A DNA stretch of 41,983 nucleotides from Octopus bimaculoides (lineage: Eukaryota), in NCBI RefSeq assembly GCF_001194135.2, contig NC_068984.1, forward strand, positions 84,585,934 to 84,627,916. The letters are read 5' to 3'. A program made the position numbers and the translations under genes. Positions 9,500-21,611 of the stretch are shown here, piece by piece; position 1 is the first letter of the stretch; every line of letters starts with the position of its first letter. A model generated the notes under the pieces. It saw nothing but the letters and a program-made list of their open reading frames with translations. It had not been told where the DNA came from and did no database searches.

Positions 9500-9870
9500 C
9501 AATGGCCAATGGTGGTGGTGTGTAAAGAGCACCTTTCGAGTGTTGAGCCTCACGGAGGCAAAGTGGCTGAGTTCTTTTCGAGTATTGGGCCTCATGGAAG
9601 CAATGACTGAGAACTTTGACATCATGTCAAAAAAGACCCATCAAGATCAGCAAAATTGTAGTCGAGGTGTCAAGCAAATGGCACCCATGCTGGTGGAATG
9701 TAAAAGCACCTATTACACTCCCAGAGTGGTTGGCGTCAGGGAGGGCATCCAGCCATAGAAAACCATGCCAAATAAGATTGGAGTCTGGTGCAGCCTTCCA
9801 GTTTACCAGCTCCAGTCAAATTGTCCAACCCTTGCCACCATGGACATCAGATGTTAAATGATGATGATAA
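9500..9870 (+). mobile_element. T2-tail retroposon with two ~41 bp internal units
   Basis: TTTCGAGTGTTGAGCCTCACGGAGGCAAAGTGGCTGAG / TTTCGAGTATTGGGCCTCATGGAAGCAATGACTGAG, then the T2 tail. Confidence 0.8.
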
Positions 9871-11439
9871 TAACAGTATACCCAATTTTCACTGAGTAAG
9901 GCATAGTTTTCTTGTTTGAAGTGTCACTCATTCAGTTGTTCATACCATAAGTTTAATATGAAAAAATTATGACTAAATTTTATACTACACACATGTTGAA
10001 CCACCAAATCTTTAAAGGTGTCATGTGTGCTTAAATCGATGGAGTTAGGTTTCTGTATACGCATGTGTATAAAAATAAGTGATAGGTCAAAGGGAGATAA
10101 ATCTTTCGTACAGTTATCACCCTTGAATATTTTGTTATCTTAAAAAAAAAAAAAAGAAGTGTTTTAAATATAATTTAATACTTTACTCCATTTCTTCTGA
10201 ATGTTTATTTTCTGGGTTCGAATACTGCTCAGATACACTTTGCCTTTGGGGATGATAAAATAAAACAGTCAAATTATAGGGGCGGCTCAATGGTCTACAT
10301 TCTGCTCAAAATTGCTGTCTTTTCTGACAAAATACTAATACAAAATATAACGGTGTGTGTGTGGTTTTTAATGTCCACGGTGGATTTATCAGGATGTAAT
10401 TGTTGTAGTCTCATAATTTGATCACAGATCAAACCATTGAACAAATTCAGCATAGAAATGTATATGTGTTATCACTGAAAAAAGTTAAAAGAATCTCAAC
10501 ACATTGTGTATCCACTTCTCTTCATGGTATCTTTGATAGTGTCTATATTAGCGCAATAGTTGTTTAGCCTTAGTGATTCTTGGTTGAACAGACTCTAATG
10601 AATGGCATTCCAATAGTCCATATCACCGTAACTGTTAATATTGCTTATCCTCAAGTTGGTCCTGATTGTGTGGTTCTACGATCATAGGCATTCTAGTTAT
10701 GATCATCCCGCCTATTCTTTAAGTATGGTGTAACCTGGTATACATTAGCTGTGTTCATTTTCTAACGCCATAGAGAATAATTTAAAAGAAATCCAGCTGC
10801 AATTTCTAGTAGGTGGAACAACTATGTTGAAGTCATAATGTTATCAGTCGTCATCAACAAAGTTATCTCCCTTCGCTACGCACGCCCTCGTGTTTCTTAA
10901 TTTATCTCCCCTTAATTTATCGTTTTCTCATCTCTTTTTGTCTATTTATTCTGTATTCCCTGCTTTAGTAAAAAATAGGAAGTAGGTGTGAGGGCGATTG
11001 CTATAGCATTGAGGTAGATCTGGCCACCCCCGTTAACAGAATCAGAACCCGGTTTTATAACACTGGACGATGATGATTACAAAGATGATAAAAATCCAGT
11101 AGTAGAATAATTGTATTCATTGTGTTTATAACTTGTGTTCTTGGGTGTACAATGATTGTATCGAGTAAACGGTTTTTAAGTCTGATATGATTAGGATTAG
11201 GACTTGCTGGAAAGACATGGTCATATAGTGAGGAGTTCCAGATAAAAATAGTTCAGGCAGAGTAAAAATGATTAGATATTAATTTAGTATATAAAATCTG
11301 GGTACAGTGAGAATAGGATTTTTACATGAAGAATATTAGTAGCTTATTTACATCTCAGATAGCTCCTGCATAATATTCATGGAACAGCATCTCAAAGCAG
11401 TTGCTTTATATATCCGTGTAACATTCTGCAAAGCATGCC

Positions 11440-12270
11440 ACAGAAAATGTCTCTGAGAAGCTCATGAAGACTGGAACAGAAACTTGAAATAGGATGCAGC
11501 TTCGTGTTCTTAAGTAAGATGATGAGTTTCTTTGTTATTTTTTGTACCTGTTCACCATCCAATCATCAGAATGACAGAGGGTATACTATATCAAGCCCAA
11601 TAAGAATCAAAACCCTACACCTAGAATTTACCTCTGCTGTGTGCAATCAGGTATTGATTCTCATTGAAAATATTCTACAGTCTATGACTGACAAGGATCT
11701 TGATTAATGTGGACTCCCATTTTCAGTGCAAACAGTTGCTTCAACTTTTATTTGACAGATTCTTTAGGCAATCAGCCATGAATGACATTCAATAATTGGG
11801 AGAGTATGTCCACCAAAATGAAGTACTCTTTGTTTTAGAAAAATGAGAGAAAAAGAAAAGTGAGCTTAGATGAGAATCAAAAAATTAGGAACATCTGACA
11901 TAGGAGAAATAGTTTTCCTTGATGCTGCAGATGGAATAGGTAAAACTGTTTTGATCCATCCAATTTTGGCAAAAAGTTCATGGCCTTATCTGAAATTAGG
12001 GCAACTTTTCCCACAAATGGTAGAACTGATCATTCTGATTTTAAGGTGCCATTCAACCTTGCACACAATGATTCCTGTGTGCAATATTGGCAAAGGATAT
12101 GAAGAAGGACAAGTTCTGAGACAGGGATAACTGAAAGTATGAAAAGAGTGTAGAGTGTCTTACAGACTTTTGGTCACAATCTTCAAGATCTCATAGTTAA
12201 CACTAACATCTTGAGTGGAGTTGTAGTTTTGCTGCCAGTTATCCCAAAGGATACACCTACCGTTGAGTTA
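11440..12270 (+). pseudogene. Helitron Rep/Hel relic (PIF1-family helicase N-terminal part), heavily degenerate
   Basis: Fragments FVIFCTCSPSNHQ; FTSAVCNQVLILIENILQSMTDKDLD*CGLP; GEIVFLDAADGIGKTVLI (Walker A, cf. Helitron FLDAPGGTGKTFL); ATFPTNGRTDHSDFKVPFNL (cf. GRTAHS.FKLPL); NLQDL...LSGVVVLL and PVIPKDTP (cf. LPVIPKGT), all in the expected order. Confidence 0.85.
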
Positions 12271-12395
12271 AGAGTATGTGTGTATGTATATATATCTATC
12301 TATGTGTGAATGAATGTATATGTATATATGTATATAATCATCATCATGTATGAATATGCCTACTAATTTCGTGTTTCTTTTTATCCTCATTCTAG

Positions 12396-12580
12396 GTCCA
12401 GATCATATGACCATATTTGTGATGCCGCATCAAGAAACATCTCTTGTTTCATGGTCTTTGAGTGAAAAATCACCACCGTTGGCCAAAGTCCCTGAATATG
12501 CTGACCAAAGAGTTTATTTCATTTATTACTCCCATGCTGAAAAGCCTGCTGAGGCTTGGTCATTCAGTATGATTTTTACT
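12396..12580 (+). CDS. ERMP1: ERMP1-like exon
   Basis: CTCATTCTAG acceptor, GTAAGT donor at 12581; 185 nt, phase 1/0; GPDHMTIFV...SLVSWSL...YFIYYSHA...AWSF matches ERMP1 'GPSHMSFYV...LSQWSL...YFVFYSHG...AWQF'. Confidence 0.93.
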
Positions 12581-12728
12581 GTAAGTATCTTCATATTCAG
12601 AATACTTTCTGGCTTCTTGCTTTTATTCAACTCCAGTTCAGTACTGACTCAGTAGATCTGTGGTAAAAGTAATTCCAGCAGGATGTTTACAGCCTGCTTT
12701 TAAAATATTTTTTTTTACATATAAGTGC

Positions 12729-12883
12729 ATGTGTAGCTATGTGGTAAGAAGCTTGCTTCCAAACCACATGGTTCTGGGTTGTGTTCCACTGCATGGCACC
12801 TTGGGTAATATGTCTTCTACTATAGCCTCAGGCCAACCACAGCTTTGTGAATAGATTTGGCCAATGGAAACTGAAAGAAGCCC
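12729..12883 (+). mobile_element. SINE family A head/core, cut off by an opposite-orientation T2 element
   Basis: GTGGTAAGAAGCTTGCTTCCAAACCACATGG...GGCACCTTGGG...GGAAACTGAAAGAAGCCC. Confidence 0.85.
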
Positions 12884-13200
12884 ATTCATCATCATCTGAC
12901 GTCTGTTTTCCATGTTGGCATGGGTTGGATGGCTGGACAGGAACTGGGAGGCCAGGCTGCACCAGGTTCCATTGTCTGTTTTGGTTTGGTTTCTATGACT
13001 GGATGTCCTTCCTAATGCCAACCACTCAACAGAGTGTACTGGGTGTTTTTTTTGTGGTTCCATCATAGGTGCTTTTTACATGGCACCTTGGTTTTAGGAT
13101 CTCAATTTTGTTATAGTAGGTGAGTCTTCTTGAGTACAGCAGTGCGCCACATATCTCAGTCCTCTGTTATCTCCTTTGTAAGATTCAGCATTTTGAGAAA
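12884..13200 (-). mobile_element. T2-tail retroposon
   Basis: (CAT)n-CTGACGTCTGTTTTCCATGTTGGCATGGGTTGG...GGCTGCACCAGG...GAGTGTACTGGGTG; the upstream part resembles 9610-9720. Confidence 0.8.
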
Positions 13201-13480
13201 TGCCTTACATTTTTAATCAACCAAATATGAAGCATTTTGTTGCACAATGCGTCTCCATCTTTCCTTTAACTTGAAAATACCCTCGTCCCAGAATAGAGGT
13301 GGTTTCATGGTAAATAAGTCGAAAGGTAAGCTACTATAAATCAGCACAAACTTTCCGGACAACCCTATAGTTTGATGTACCTAAGATGTAATCAGCAGCT
13401 CGGCAGAGAAGATTTATTTAGACATTAAATAATTCAGAGATGCCATTTGCTTGAAAAGCAATAGTTAAGTTATTTTTTTC

Positions 13481-13680
13481 TCTTTTACTTGTTTCAGTCA
13501 TTTGACTGTGGCCATGCTGGAGCACCGCCTTTAGTCGAGCAAATCGACCCCAGGACTTATTCTTTGTAAGCCTAGTACTTATTCTATCGGTCTCTTTTGC
13601 CGAACCGCTAAGTTACGGGGACGTAAACACACCAGCATCGGTTGTCAAGCGATGTTGCGGGGACAAACACAGGCACACAA

Positions 13681-13729
<49 letters not shown>

Positions 13730-13885
13730 CATATATACGACGGGCTTCTTTCAGTTTCCGTCTACCAAATCCACTCACAAGGCTTTGGTCGGCCCGAGGC
13801 TATAGTAGAAGACACTTGCCCAAGGTGCCACGCAGTGGGACTGAACCCGGAACCATGTGAAGCTACTTACCACACAGCCACTCCT
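13481..13885 (-). mobile_element. Young full-length SINE family A with T1 (CR1-type) tail
   Basis: Near-identical to 39011-39423 apart from microsatellite length, a 10 nt deletion in the head and a few substitutions; CpGs intact. Confidence 0.92.
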
Positions 13886-14229
13886 ACGCATATTGTTAAC
13901 ATATTTAATAAATGAGTATTATAGAACTAAATAGAAATAAATATACAGTAGGGAAAGAATCATTCAATAAATTTATTCAACAACTAATATTAAATAATTT
14001 TATTAGCAAGTATTGGAAAAAAAAATTGGGAAATGCTTTAGGCTTATTCTATCTTCTCAGAGTATAGCATAATATTTACTGAAGTAGTAGTTAAAAAAAA
14101 AAAAAAATCAGTGATAAATCTCAAGGCAGCTCAGATTTGAAACTTCCTATAATCAGTGGTTTTCCAGCCATGACCATCTTGTGTTTTATTCAGACATAGT
14201 TTATCTAGGATTACATTATGTTATGTGTT

Positions 14230-14780
14230 CATCTGGAACACATCATTAGAATGTCAGATAAAAGGTCTTGTAGTATTTGTTTGGGCTCTTTACATCCTGA
14301 GTTCAAACCCCACTGAGGTTGAATTTGCCTTTTGTTCTTTTGGGGCTTATAAAATAAAGTACAAGTTGAGTAACTGACTTGCCCCTCCCCCCAAAACTGC
14401 TGGTTGTGTGCCAAAGTTTGAAACCATTATAAGGTGGCGAGCATATCAGACAAAAATTTTTAGCAGTATTTCTGTTGAGTTCAGATTCTGCTGAGGTTGA
14501 ATTTTCCAGAGCCTTTGCCTTTCATCTTTTCAGAGTTGATAAATCAAAGTAGCAGTCAAGTACTGGGGTTGATGTAATCAATATGCTCCCCCTTCTAAAA
14601 TTGCTGGCCTTGTGCCAAAATTTGAAGCCCACTGAGATTTGCATTGCCTTTCGTTCTTTTGGGATTGATAAAATAGGTACCAGTTGAGCACTAGTGGGGG
14701 TAGTTGATGTAATTAACTTCCACCTCCCCTAACGATTGCTGGCCTTGTGCCAAAAATTGGAAAGAATTATTAGTATTATT
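14230..14780 (+). mobile_element. Three head-to-tail SINE family C copies (about 14230-14430, 14431-14630, 14631-14780)
   Basis: Three successive TTGCCTTT...ATAAA..AAGTA...AA.TGCTGG..TTGTGCCAAA modules. Confidence 0.85.
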
Positions 14781-15368
14781 TTCAATGCTGTTAGATGTCA
14801 ATCAACAACACCACCAACCTTTCCATCATCATCATCATCATCATCATTGCAATATCATCTGTGCTATTTTAAGGGTTCTCATTGGAAGTTGTAAGATTTT
14901 TCCACTTACCTTGCTCTGTGGTGAGATGGAACAAAAAAGAAGAAAAACTAATATAATAATAACAATGACAGCAACAAACAACTAAAACAACAACAACAAC
15001 AATAATAGTAACAAAATACTAAACAAACAAAAGACAGACCCAAAAAGAAATGATGTCATCACCAAACATTGTTAATGATTTACAGAAAACATTTGTCTGT
15101 TGTTGCTGGTATCATTGTTGTTGTTGTGTGTATATATTGTGTCTGGCTGTTCAAAAGCTTGTGGTTTGTTTCCTAGTGTTGTCAGTACTGTTTGCTCCTA
15201 CTAGCAACACTTACACATTATGTAGTGAAAGTATATTTATCAAGCAAACCACAGTCTACGTAAACAAATATCAGCTGTAAAGCTTTGGCTGGTAATAGTG
15301 TATTTTCACTTTTTTTTTAAACCACTGAACTGCCTTCATCATCTAGTGTGTGTGCATGCACACATGTT

Positions 15369-15459
<91 letters not shown>

Positions 15460-15496
15460 ATATATATATGTGTGTGTGTGTGTATATATATATGTG

Positions 15497-15529
<33 letters not shown>

Positions 15530-15542
15530 ATATATATATGTG

Positions 15543-15573
<31 letters not shown>

Positions 15574-16231
15574 ATATATATGTGTGTGTGTGTGTATATA
15601 TATATGTGTGTATATATATATATATGTGTGTGTGTGTATATATATATGTGTATATATATATATATATGTGTGTGTATATATATATGTGTGTGTGTNNNNN
15701 NNNNNNNNNNNNNNNNNNNNNNNNNNNNNNNNNNNNNNNNNNNNNNNNNNNNNNNNNNNNNNNNNNNNNNNNNNNNNNNNNNNNNNNNNNNNNNNNNNNN
15801 NNNNNNNNNNNNNNNNNNNNNNNNNNNNNNNNNNNNNNNNNNNNNNNNNNNNNNNNNNNNNNNNNNNNNNNNNNNNNNNNNNNNNNNNNNNNNNNNNNNN
15901 NNNNNNNNNNNNNNNNNNNNNNNNNNNNNNNNNNNNNNNNNNNNNNNNNNNNNNNNNNNNNNNNNNNNNNNNNNNNNNNNNNNNNNNNNNNNNNNNNTAA
16001 TTATATGTAAAAGAAAGATCCAAGAATCAAGGTGTAGGAAGTTAGTAAGCTTTGAGCAGTCTCTAGAAGGTATGAAAAACAACTTTCAAGGACAATAGTG
16101 GTTTATTGATGCAGAAGGTTATAAATTTTCCCCATATTGAAGTTCGATAAGCTGAAATAAGTTATTTTATAGTTCACGGTTTGCAACAGGGGTTGCTGTG
16201 TATGTGAATAAAAATGTGTTATATATATATA

Positions 16232-16760
16232 TATCTTATATCTACTGCATATGTGGAAAATGTGTGTGTGTGTTTGTGGTGTTGTTAGCTAACTCCTCCT
16301 ACATCGTTTTATTGATTTTGATGAAACTTGACACGTAAGTAGAACTCGTGTCTGGAAACCTCGTGACATACTTAGATTGTTGAAGAAATTGATAATATAG
16401 TCCCTGGAAGGGACCTTTATATCTACCACATATAACTTTTTTTTAAACACACAGGGGAAGTAACCCATAGCATCTGCATAATATTTATTTTAAACACTCA
16501 AGGGAAATAATCCATTTTGTTGTTTATGTTCGATTACTTTGAATATTGATTTTTTGTGTGTCCAATTTCTAATTTCTGCAGACAATATCACTTTATTTGA
16601 CATGTGAGTAGAATTCATGTCTGGAAATCCCATGACATACTTAGATTGTTGAAAAAAAATCGATAATAGTGCTCCCCCAATGGATCCTTTTATCTACTAC
16701 ATATTACTAATATTTTATTTAAACAACTGAAGGGAAATAACCCATAACACCTGCAGATTT
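16232..16760 (+). mobile_element. Possible non-autonomous Helitron-like relic with an internal ~270 bp-period duplication
   Basis: Starts TCTTATATCTAC..AAAATGTGTGTGTG..TAACTCCTCC..GATTTTGATGAAACTTGACAC, an architecture I recall from non-autonomous Helitrons. 16328-16478 repeats at 16597-16755. The duplication is seen directly; the Helitron label is inference. Confidence 0.45.
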
Positions 16761-16809
16761 TAGTGAAGCGATCAATATTTGATTCTCACGATCAGCCGAC
16801 CTAATTCTG

Positions 16810-17130
16810 CATTTCACTACTCACAGACTTAAAAGACTGGAGGTCATATTGAAGAGGAGAACAAAACTGTAGAAGGGAATTCCAAAGTTCAGAAGTGCAA
16901 GGGAAGAAACTGGTACTGTAAAATGCTTTACGACACTTAGGAGGTTGCAAAGTATACTGATGAGAACTGGATGCACAGTATACTGATGAGAACTGGATGC
17001 ACAGTATACTGATGAGAACTGGATGCTGATAAGTTCTTAAAGGAGGAACCAGAGAAGAGAGCTCAGCAGAACAATGTCCATGAAAATACTTATAAAAAGA
17101 GACAAGGAAGCTACACAACAGCAATGCCTT
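16810..17130 (-). pseudogene. 3' fragment of a second LINE ORF2 (CR1/L2/Jockey-group C-terminus)
   Basis: SLFYKYFHGHCSAELSSLVPP...YSTSFFPCTSELWNSL...YDLQSFKS is a typical post-RT C-terminal motif set ('FFPRT..LWN.LP'). Confidence 0.75.
16951..17026. repeat. Perfect 26 bp tandem repeat, 2.9 copies
   Basis: AGTATACTGATGAGAACTGGATGCAC at 16951, 16977 and 17003 (last copy 24 nt). Confidence 0.97.
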
Positions 17131-17268
17131 TTATACAACAAATGAAACTAGCAAAATTACCTTCAATGAAACCAAAGAGTCACCTCTACTCTCCAATCAT
17201 GAATTCCTTTTTGGTGTGGATACCCTCCCTTACACAAAGTACTACACAGCATGGTCGGGGTGCATTTA

Positions 17269-17531
17269 AAAAAAAAAAATAAATGTGCCCTTTTAAAGCC
17301 TAACCAGGCTCATGGGCCCAGTTTCCCAGTTTCAATGGCGTATGTATTCCTCAGCTGGACTGGACGCCAGTCTATCGCAGCGTTACTCATTTTTGCCAGC
17401 TGAGGGGACTAGAGCAACATGAAATGAAGTGTTTTGCTCAAGAACACAACGCGTTGCCCGATCTAGGAATCGAAACCACAATCTTACGATCATGATGCTG
17501 ACACCCTAACCACTAAGCCACGCACCTCCCT
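17269..17531 (-). mobile_element. tRNA-derived SINE family D (CORE-like) with 11 bp TSD
   Basis: Minus strand: TGGCTTAGTGG (A box), GTTTCGATTCC (B box), TTGTGTTCTTGAGCAAAACACTT; TSD GGGTGCATTTA at 17258-17268 and 17532-17542. Confidence 0.88.
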
Positions 17532-17689
17532 GGGTGCATTTACTGTTACATAATATTAAAGGTAGATTAAAACAACTTGAAAAAAGAGATTGTGGATCTT
17601 GTTTCTTAGATTATTTGACTTTTTTATAAAATGTTTATTATTTTGTGTGTTTTATGTGGTATTTTCTTTTTGCTTGCGCTTTGTTACAG

Positions 17690-17860
17690 GTTCCAGAAGA
17701 TTGGCAGGACGACGCAACAGTCACAGATATTGCATTTGCTGGTCACTACATGCATGGTGGATTGAAGGAAACGCCAGAAATGTCTGCATTAGAGAAGAAG
17801 TTACCCAAGTGGGTCACTTCAGTTTCGTGGACAGCTACATATGATAGCTGGAAGTTTTGA
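17690..17860 (+). CDS. ERMP1: ERMP1-like terminal coding exon with TGA stop
   Basis: TTGTTACAG acceptor; VPEDWQDDATVTDIAFAGHY...LEKKLPKWVTSVSWTATYDSWKF* matches the ERMP1 C-terminus 'VAIAAHY...KEKFPDW....W..TY....F*'. Five exons total 834 nt = 277 aa + stop. Confidence 0.93.
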   Translation, partial: VPEDWQDDATVTDIAFAGHYMHGGLKETPEMSALEKKLPKWVTSVSWTATYDSWKF

Positions 17861-19679
17861 TAATGTCCAACATGTTAGAAGAATGCAAAGCGAGAGAGAG
17901 AGAGAGAGAGAGGAGGAAAGAAGGACAGAAAGGAAGAAGACAGAGAGACAGAAAGAAAGAGAGATGGAGAGAGTGAGTGATGAAATCAATTTCCAATATT
18001 CATTCCTTTTGATAGCTATAATGTTAAAAATATTTTACAAGTATTTTATAAGACGTGAGAAAAAACTGAAATGCAGTTTAACCCCAACCCCGCCAAAAAA
18101 AAAAAAAACGTGTAAAGGAAATTTAGTTTTTTTGAAGGAAAGAGAGAAAGAAAACGATTATACATTTTTTATTTTTAATAATTAAAAACAAAATCAACAA
18201 TATATTGAACTGAAGCCTAGGGATGAGCTTCTTGGAATTTTTTAAAGCCTGTGCATGTGTGTATGTGTGTGCATGTATGTGTATGTGTTTTCAGCACAAC
18301 TAGTGCAGTTTTTAGTCATGAGAATGAGTTCCACTGCGAGACATCCTGCACAAGTGTCTTCTAGTTGGTCCAAGCTTTGTGTATTAAATTTGGGTTGTTG
18401 TGTAGTGCCTGATCAGCTCAGATTGAGCAGTTCTCTTGCATGCAGGTAGCCAGCCAAATAATTTGATGTAACCAACAGACCTGTTGTTGTGGACATTCAC
18501 ACTTCCTTTTCTACCTACCTAGCTGAGAACCATACTGCACATTCCAACATTAAAACTAGATAGAAAGAATCTGTGTTGAAGCTTGTTGCATCGACTGTAC
18601 TTGTAATTTAAAGGTAGTCTCAGTGCTATGTTGGTCCCATCCAAATATTAAAAATACAAATGTCTGTGAAATTCTCAGCTGCTTACACTGTAATGCAATG
18701 AGTAGTTAAATTCCATTGATCGCACAGCTGGAACATACACTGTCAAAACTGACATGAGACCCATGACTGTGTGTGTGTGTGTGTAACTGATTGAGGGAAT
18801 ATCTTGATATAGTCTTAATGTTTGCTTGTTCCAAATTTACATTTAATTTACAAGATGAGTATAAAAGTTTATAATTTTTGATATTTTGGAGTTGAGAAAT
18901 GTATTTTCCAAAACTACTATTTGGGATTTGTATTTTACCAAAATTTTTTTAATGAAATTTATTTCTATGGGTTGGCAGGATAAATAGACTGAATGGTTAA
19001 TAATATTGTGGAAAAAAAAACTAACTAAAAACAAAAACAACAAAGACAAAAAAAATGCAGTATTAGACTTGTTCCTGAATGAACTTTGTGCAATGGATGA
19101 TTTAATCAATTATTCCCCTCACCCTACAAATTGTGTTAAAGATGTCTACCTACCTCTATATAGCCAGACCCAATTAGTTTTTATTTAAATTGGCTAAGTG
19201 AAAGTTCATAGTTGTATGGAGGAATGTTTCTACATCTTTTTGTAGTCCTTGTTGAAGTCTTCTTTTTGTGGTTGAGTGAATTGTCTTCTTAGTAGTTGAG
19301 CCTTTGCAGTGGATCTTTGTTTCTTTCTTCTTTCTCCTCTTCTCTTTAACTAACCATTTGTTTCTAGCATATACACTTATGATGCTGTAACTTACAAGTT
19401 AGGGCTTCACAAGGGCTGTATGTTCATTATGGTTGTATTTAAAGCATATGAGCATGATAATAATAAATAAGTGATTCAGGGCTGGTTTTCTTCTCATTTG
19501 TCTAGTCACTATTTTTAAGATACAAAGACGCAGCGAAGTCATATCAACTTTCCCACCAAAGTTGACTATACAATCATCATCTTCATCTGATAATTACAGG
19601 AGTTGCTTTGAAGGGAGATAAGTGATAAGAGAGCAATGGCTGGCAGCACCAAGGGAGATAAATCTACAACGGCTTAAAG

Positions 19680-19935
19680 CTGCGGTTTTCAAGCGACTTT
19701 TATCTATGGACCCCTATGATTCCTATTTTACTTGGGGCTGGGAACCCTCATTGCCATTCGATGTCTAAAAACTGCTATTATATTTTTATGATTAAATATT
19801 ATTAGGAATTGTATGAAAAAAGTGTTTAAATATTTTGTCTATTGTACAAGTATGACCAGTTTATTGCACAAATTTTAACAATAAAATCTTATATGAACCC
19901 CCAAGGGCCGTATGGATCCCTGTTGAAAACCACTG
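19680..19935. mobile_element. hAT-type MITE (~256 bp)
   Basis: Termini CTGCGGTTTTCAA / TTGAAAACCACTG (11/13 inverted match, CAGTGGTT-type TIR); flanks GCTTAAAG and (G)CCTTAAAG resemble an 8 bp TSD. Confidence 0.7.
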
Positions 19936-20868
19936 GCCTTAAAGTTGACATGGTTTGATTCTCTGTTAGAATGCTTCCGCTTTCAGTTATGTTGCTCTTG
20001 TGAAAAGCACAAAAATCCAGAGAAAGACTTTCTCATTCCTGTGCCCACTTCTCAAGGTCTCTCCCACCTGTAAATGACCACTGCTATGATTATTGCGTAT
20101 TTATGCAGTTGCTTGACCTGCTACAAAGAGTAGCCATTCTCATTCATTTCACGCCCTACTGTTTTAAAAGAAGATAATTCTGGACAATGTAGTCCTTATG
20201 TATCTGATATACAAAAAATGGTTTTGATGGTCATGACTAAAATGCCTTTGAACCATAGGTTTGCTTGACAAAGGTTTACTTGAGAGGTTAAACAGTAACT
20301 TCATCAACAACAAATGCTGACTGTTACTATCATTAATTCGTCCATATGAACATAAACAAAATCCTCGTATGTTTTTCTTTACCTCATCCAACTATAGTTG
20401 CCCCATTAACCACAACTTACTGAATTAGTAAGAGAGCTTTTACACAGTCACTCGACCTGTTAGAAATAGCAGCCCAATACCTCTCAAATTATACACTATT
20501 GTTTCAAAAGGAAGAGACAGATTAAATGAGTTCTAGATATTACTAAAAAGATGGCATGGTCATGGTTGGAATGACTTTGATCATAAATCTGCTCAATGAG
20601 AGTTGATTTTTGTATGTATATTAAACAGCATGCTAATGGAATTGGCAAGGTGTTTTGGTTATCTGTAAGTTTGTTAAGCATGGTTAGTGCATAATATTGG
20701 ATAAATTCATATGCTATGGGGTGATGAGTGTCTTGGTTTTTTTTTTGTACTAAGTTCTTCATTGGAGATAGAAAAATGTTTTGACCTCATCACATATGGA
20801 CTGACTCAAATTGCTTGAATTTAACTAAATATTTACCAACCTGGACCACCACTAGTTCCATCGGGCTT

Positions 20869-20906
<38 letters not shown>

Positions 20907-21611
20907 CTTAGGTATTGTGATACTAACTTGCTGTAGAACTCAATGTACATATGTTTCTGAATGAAACGTTAGTTAAATACAGAGTGATAATAAGAAAAGA
21001 GATGACAAAGGAGTAAACAATTATTGTATGAGCTTAGTTTCAGCAGAGCTTCAAATATATGGAAACAGTCATAAGCTAATGAAGTTCATATATATATAAG
21101 TATATGTATGTATGTGTGAGTGTTCATAGTTAAGCTGCTTCAAAGTATATCACAGATAATTATAAATGTTATCTGGATGGTGAAACTTCCCTACACTAGT
21201 CCTACTTTGTGCTACCTAACTCCCTGAATTAAAAATTTTATTCAATTTGATGGAACAGTTGCTGTCATGGACTCTTAATTAACCACTGTATTGTTGTTCA
21301 ATATTTTTTACTAATTCCAACTGTAGTGGTTCAAGTGACTATAGATTTTGAGTGTATAATTCTAGACTGCTGTCTGTCAGTAGGCTGCCTGTTATGTATT
21401 AGTAGAACTTGTGACAACTATTGGTTACATGAAGTTTACCACCCTCTGAGGTGGTTAAAGTAAAAGGGAAAGAGAGAAAAAAACAAAATAAAAACCTTAA
21501 AATCAAATATTGGTGAATATTGGTGTAATGAACACTGATAAAATTCTGTTTTTGTATAAAGTCTGTTAAAAGATTTGTTTTAATTATGTTCCATTTTTCC
21601 ATTTTTTTTTC

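Noticed and set aside
16951-17026. CRISPR-like array or hammerhead (units contain CTGATGAG)
   Set aside because: Units are contiguous with no spacers, the context is eukaryotic, and no stem II or GAAA follows the CTGATGA.
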